This document shows positions 63,425-64,000 of a stretch of DNA of 64,000 bases, one piece after another. Every line of letters begins with the position of its first letter. Position 1 is the stretch's first letter. Origin of the DNA: Octopus sinensis (Eukaryota); NCBI RefSeq assembly GCF_006345805.1, contig NC_042997.1:36580001-36644000 (forward strand), given 5' to 3'. Made by a program: the position numbers and the translations under genes. Below the pieces are notes generated by a model. The model ran no database searches. It had not been told where the DNA came from and saw only the letters and a list, made by a program, of their open reading frames with translations.

Positions 63425-63695
63425 ATTCATGTCACTATGGACATATCACTTAATGGTTAAGAGCGTGGGCTACTAACCCCAAGATTCCGTGTTCGATTCC
63501 GGGTAGTGACGTGAAAAAAAAAAAAAATAATAATAACAATATCGAAAAATCCATTAGGAAAGAGAACGCAGGTTCGAAATTTCCCAAAGACACCTGATGA
63601 AGGCTGGAGGGTATATCAGCCGAAACGTTGTGTTAACAAAAATCAAGATGAGGACATATCCGTCAAATGTAAATAATATAAATAATGTGATCTTC
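63425..63695 (+). mobile_element. tRNA-headed retroposon carrying a hammerhead ribozyme
   Basis: tRNA-like segment 63431-63512 (A-box-like CTTAATGGTTAAGAGC, B-box GTTCGATTCC), then an A/(AAT) linker, then a hammerhead. Confidence 0.75.
63589..63634 (+). ncRNA. Minimal type I hammerhead ribozyme, canonical core
   Basis: gacac-CTGATGA-A-ggctg(gagggtatat)cagcc-GAAAC-GTT-gtgtt; palindromic AACGTT stem III. Confidence 0.85.
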
Positions 63696-64000
63696 TATTA
63701 GTTTCGAACTTTAGAGATACATTAAATTTGAAGATGTATATAGCATGCCATGCATCTGCAAGCAAGTTTTCATACTCAGTTGTATGTTAGCTATATATTT
63801 TAAAAACATGACACTGGTCTGTGACGAAAAATGAGAAAAAACGGGATGAAAAATCCGAAATCAAAGAAAAACGCGAAAAGGCTTGATACAAAAATTGAGG
63901 AGCGAACAAAGAATATTCGTGTAAGAAGACCATATATTCCTCTTGTTTTTATTTAGGAACCATAATTAAACTACTTTGTGCAGAATAAGATTACAGGAAA

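Noticed and set aside
63431-63512. Functional tRNA gene
   Set aside because: D-arm and T-stem are mismatched and there is no T-run terminator. It continues into a ribozyme-bearing body, so it is treated as a SINE-like head.

Overview
64 kb of AT-rich, microsatellite-dense eukaryotic DNA. The SINE families and repeat load suggest an octopus/coleoid cephalopod genome (inference). No host protein-coding gene can be confidently called, and almost all ORFs in the track are translated microsatellites. The window is a transposon landscape. It holds a nearly intact Neptune-type Penelope-like element (RT + GIY-YIG) with a 3' hammerhead ribozyme, four stacked R4/Dong-like retrotransposon remnants in (TAA)n repeats, a Tx1/L1-clade LINE fragment and three Tc1/mariner elements. 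It also holds a Helitron helicase remnant, a canonical non-autonomous Helitron, several long foldback elements and many tRNA-derived SINEs from at least four families. The most notable signals are: (i) several short non-coding elements carrying minimal hammerhead ribozymes, one behind a tRNA-like Pol III head and two sharing a non-canonical CUGURGA core; (ii) a SINE 3' tail matching the 3' end of the Tx1 LINE in the same window; (iii) microsatellite-specific nesting of different TE classes.
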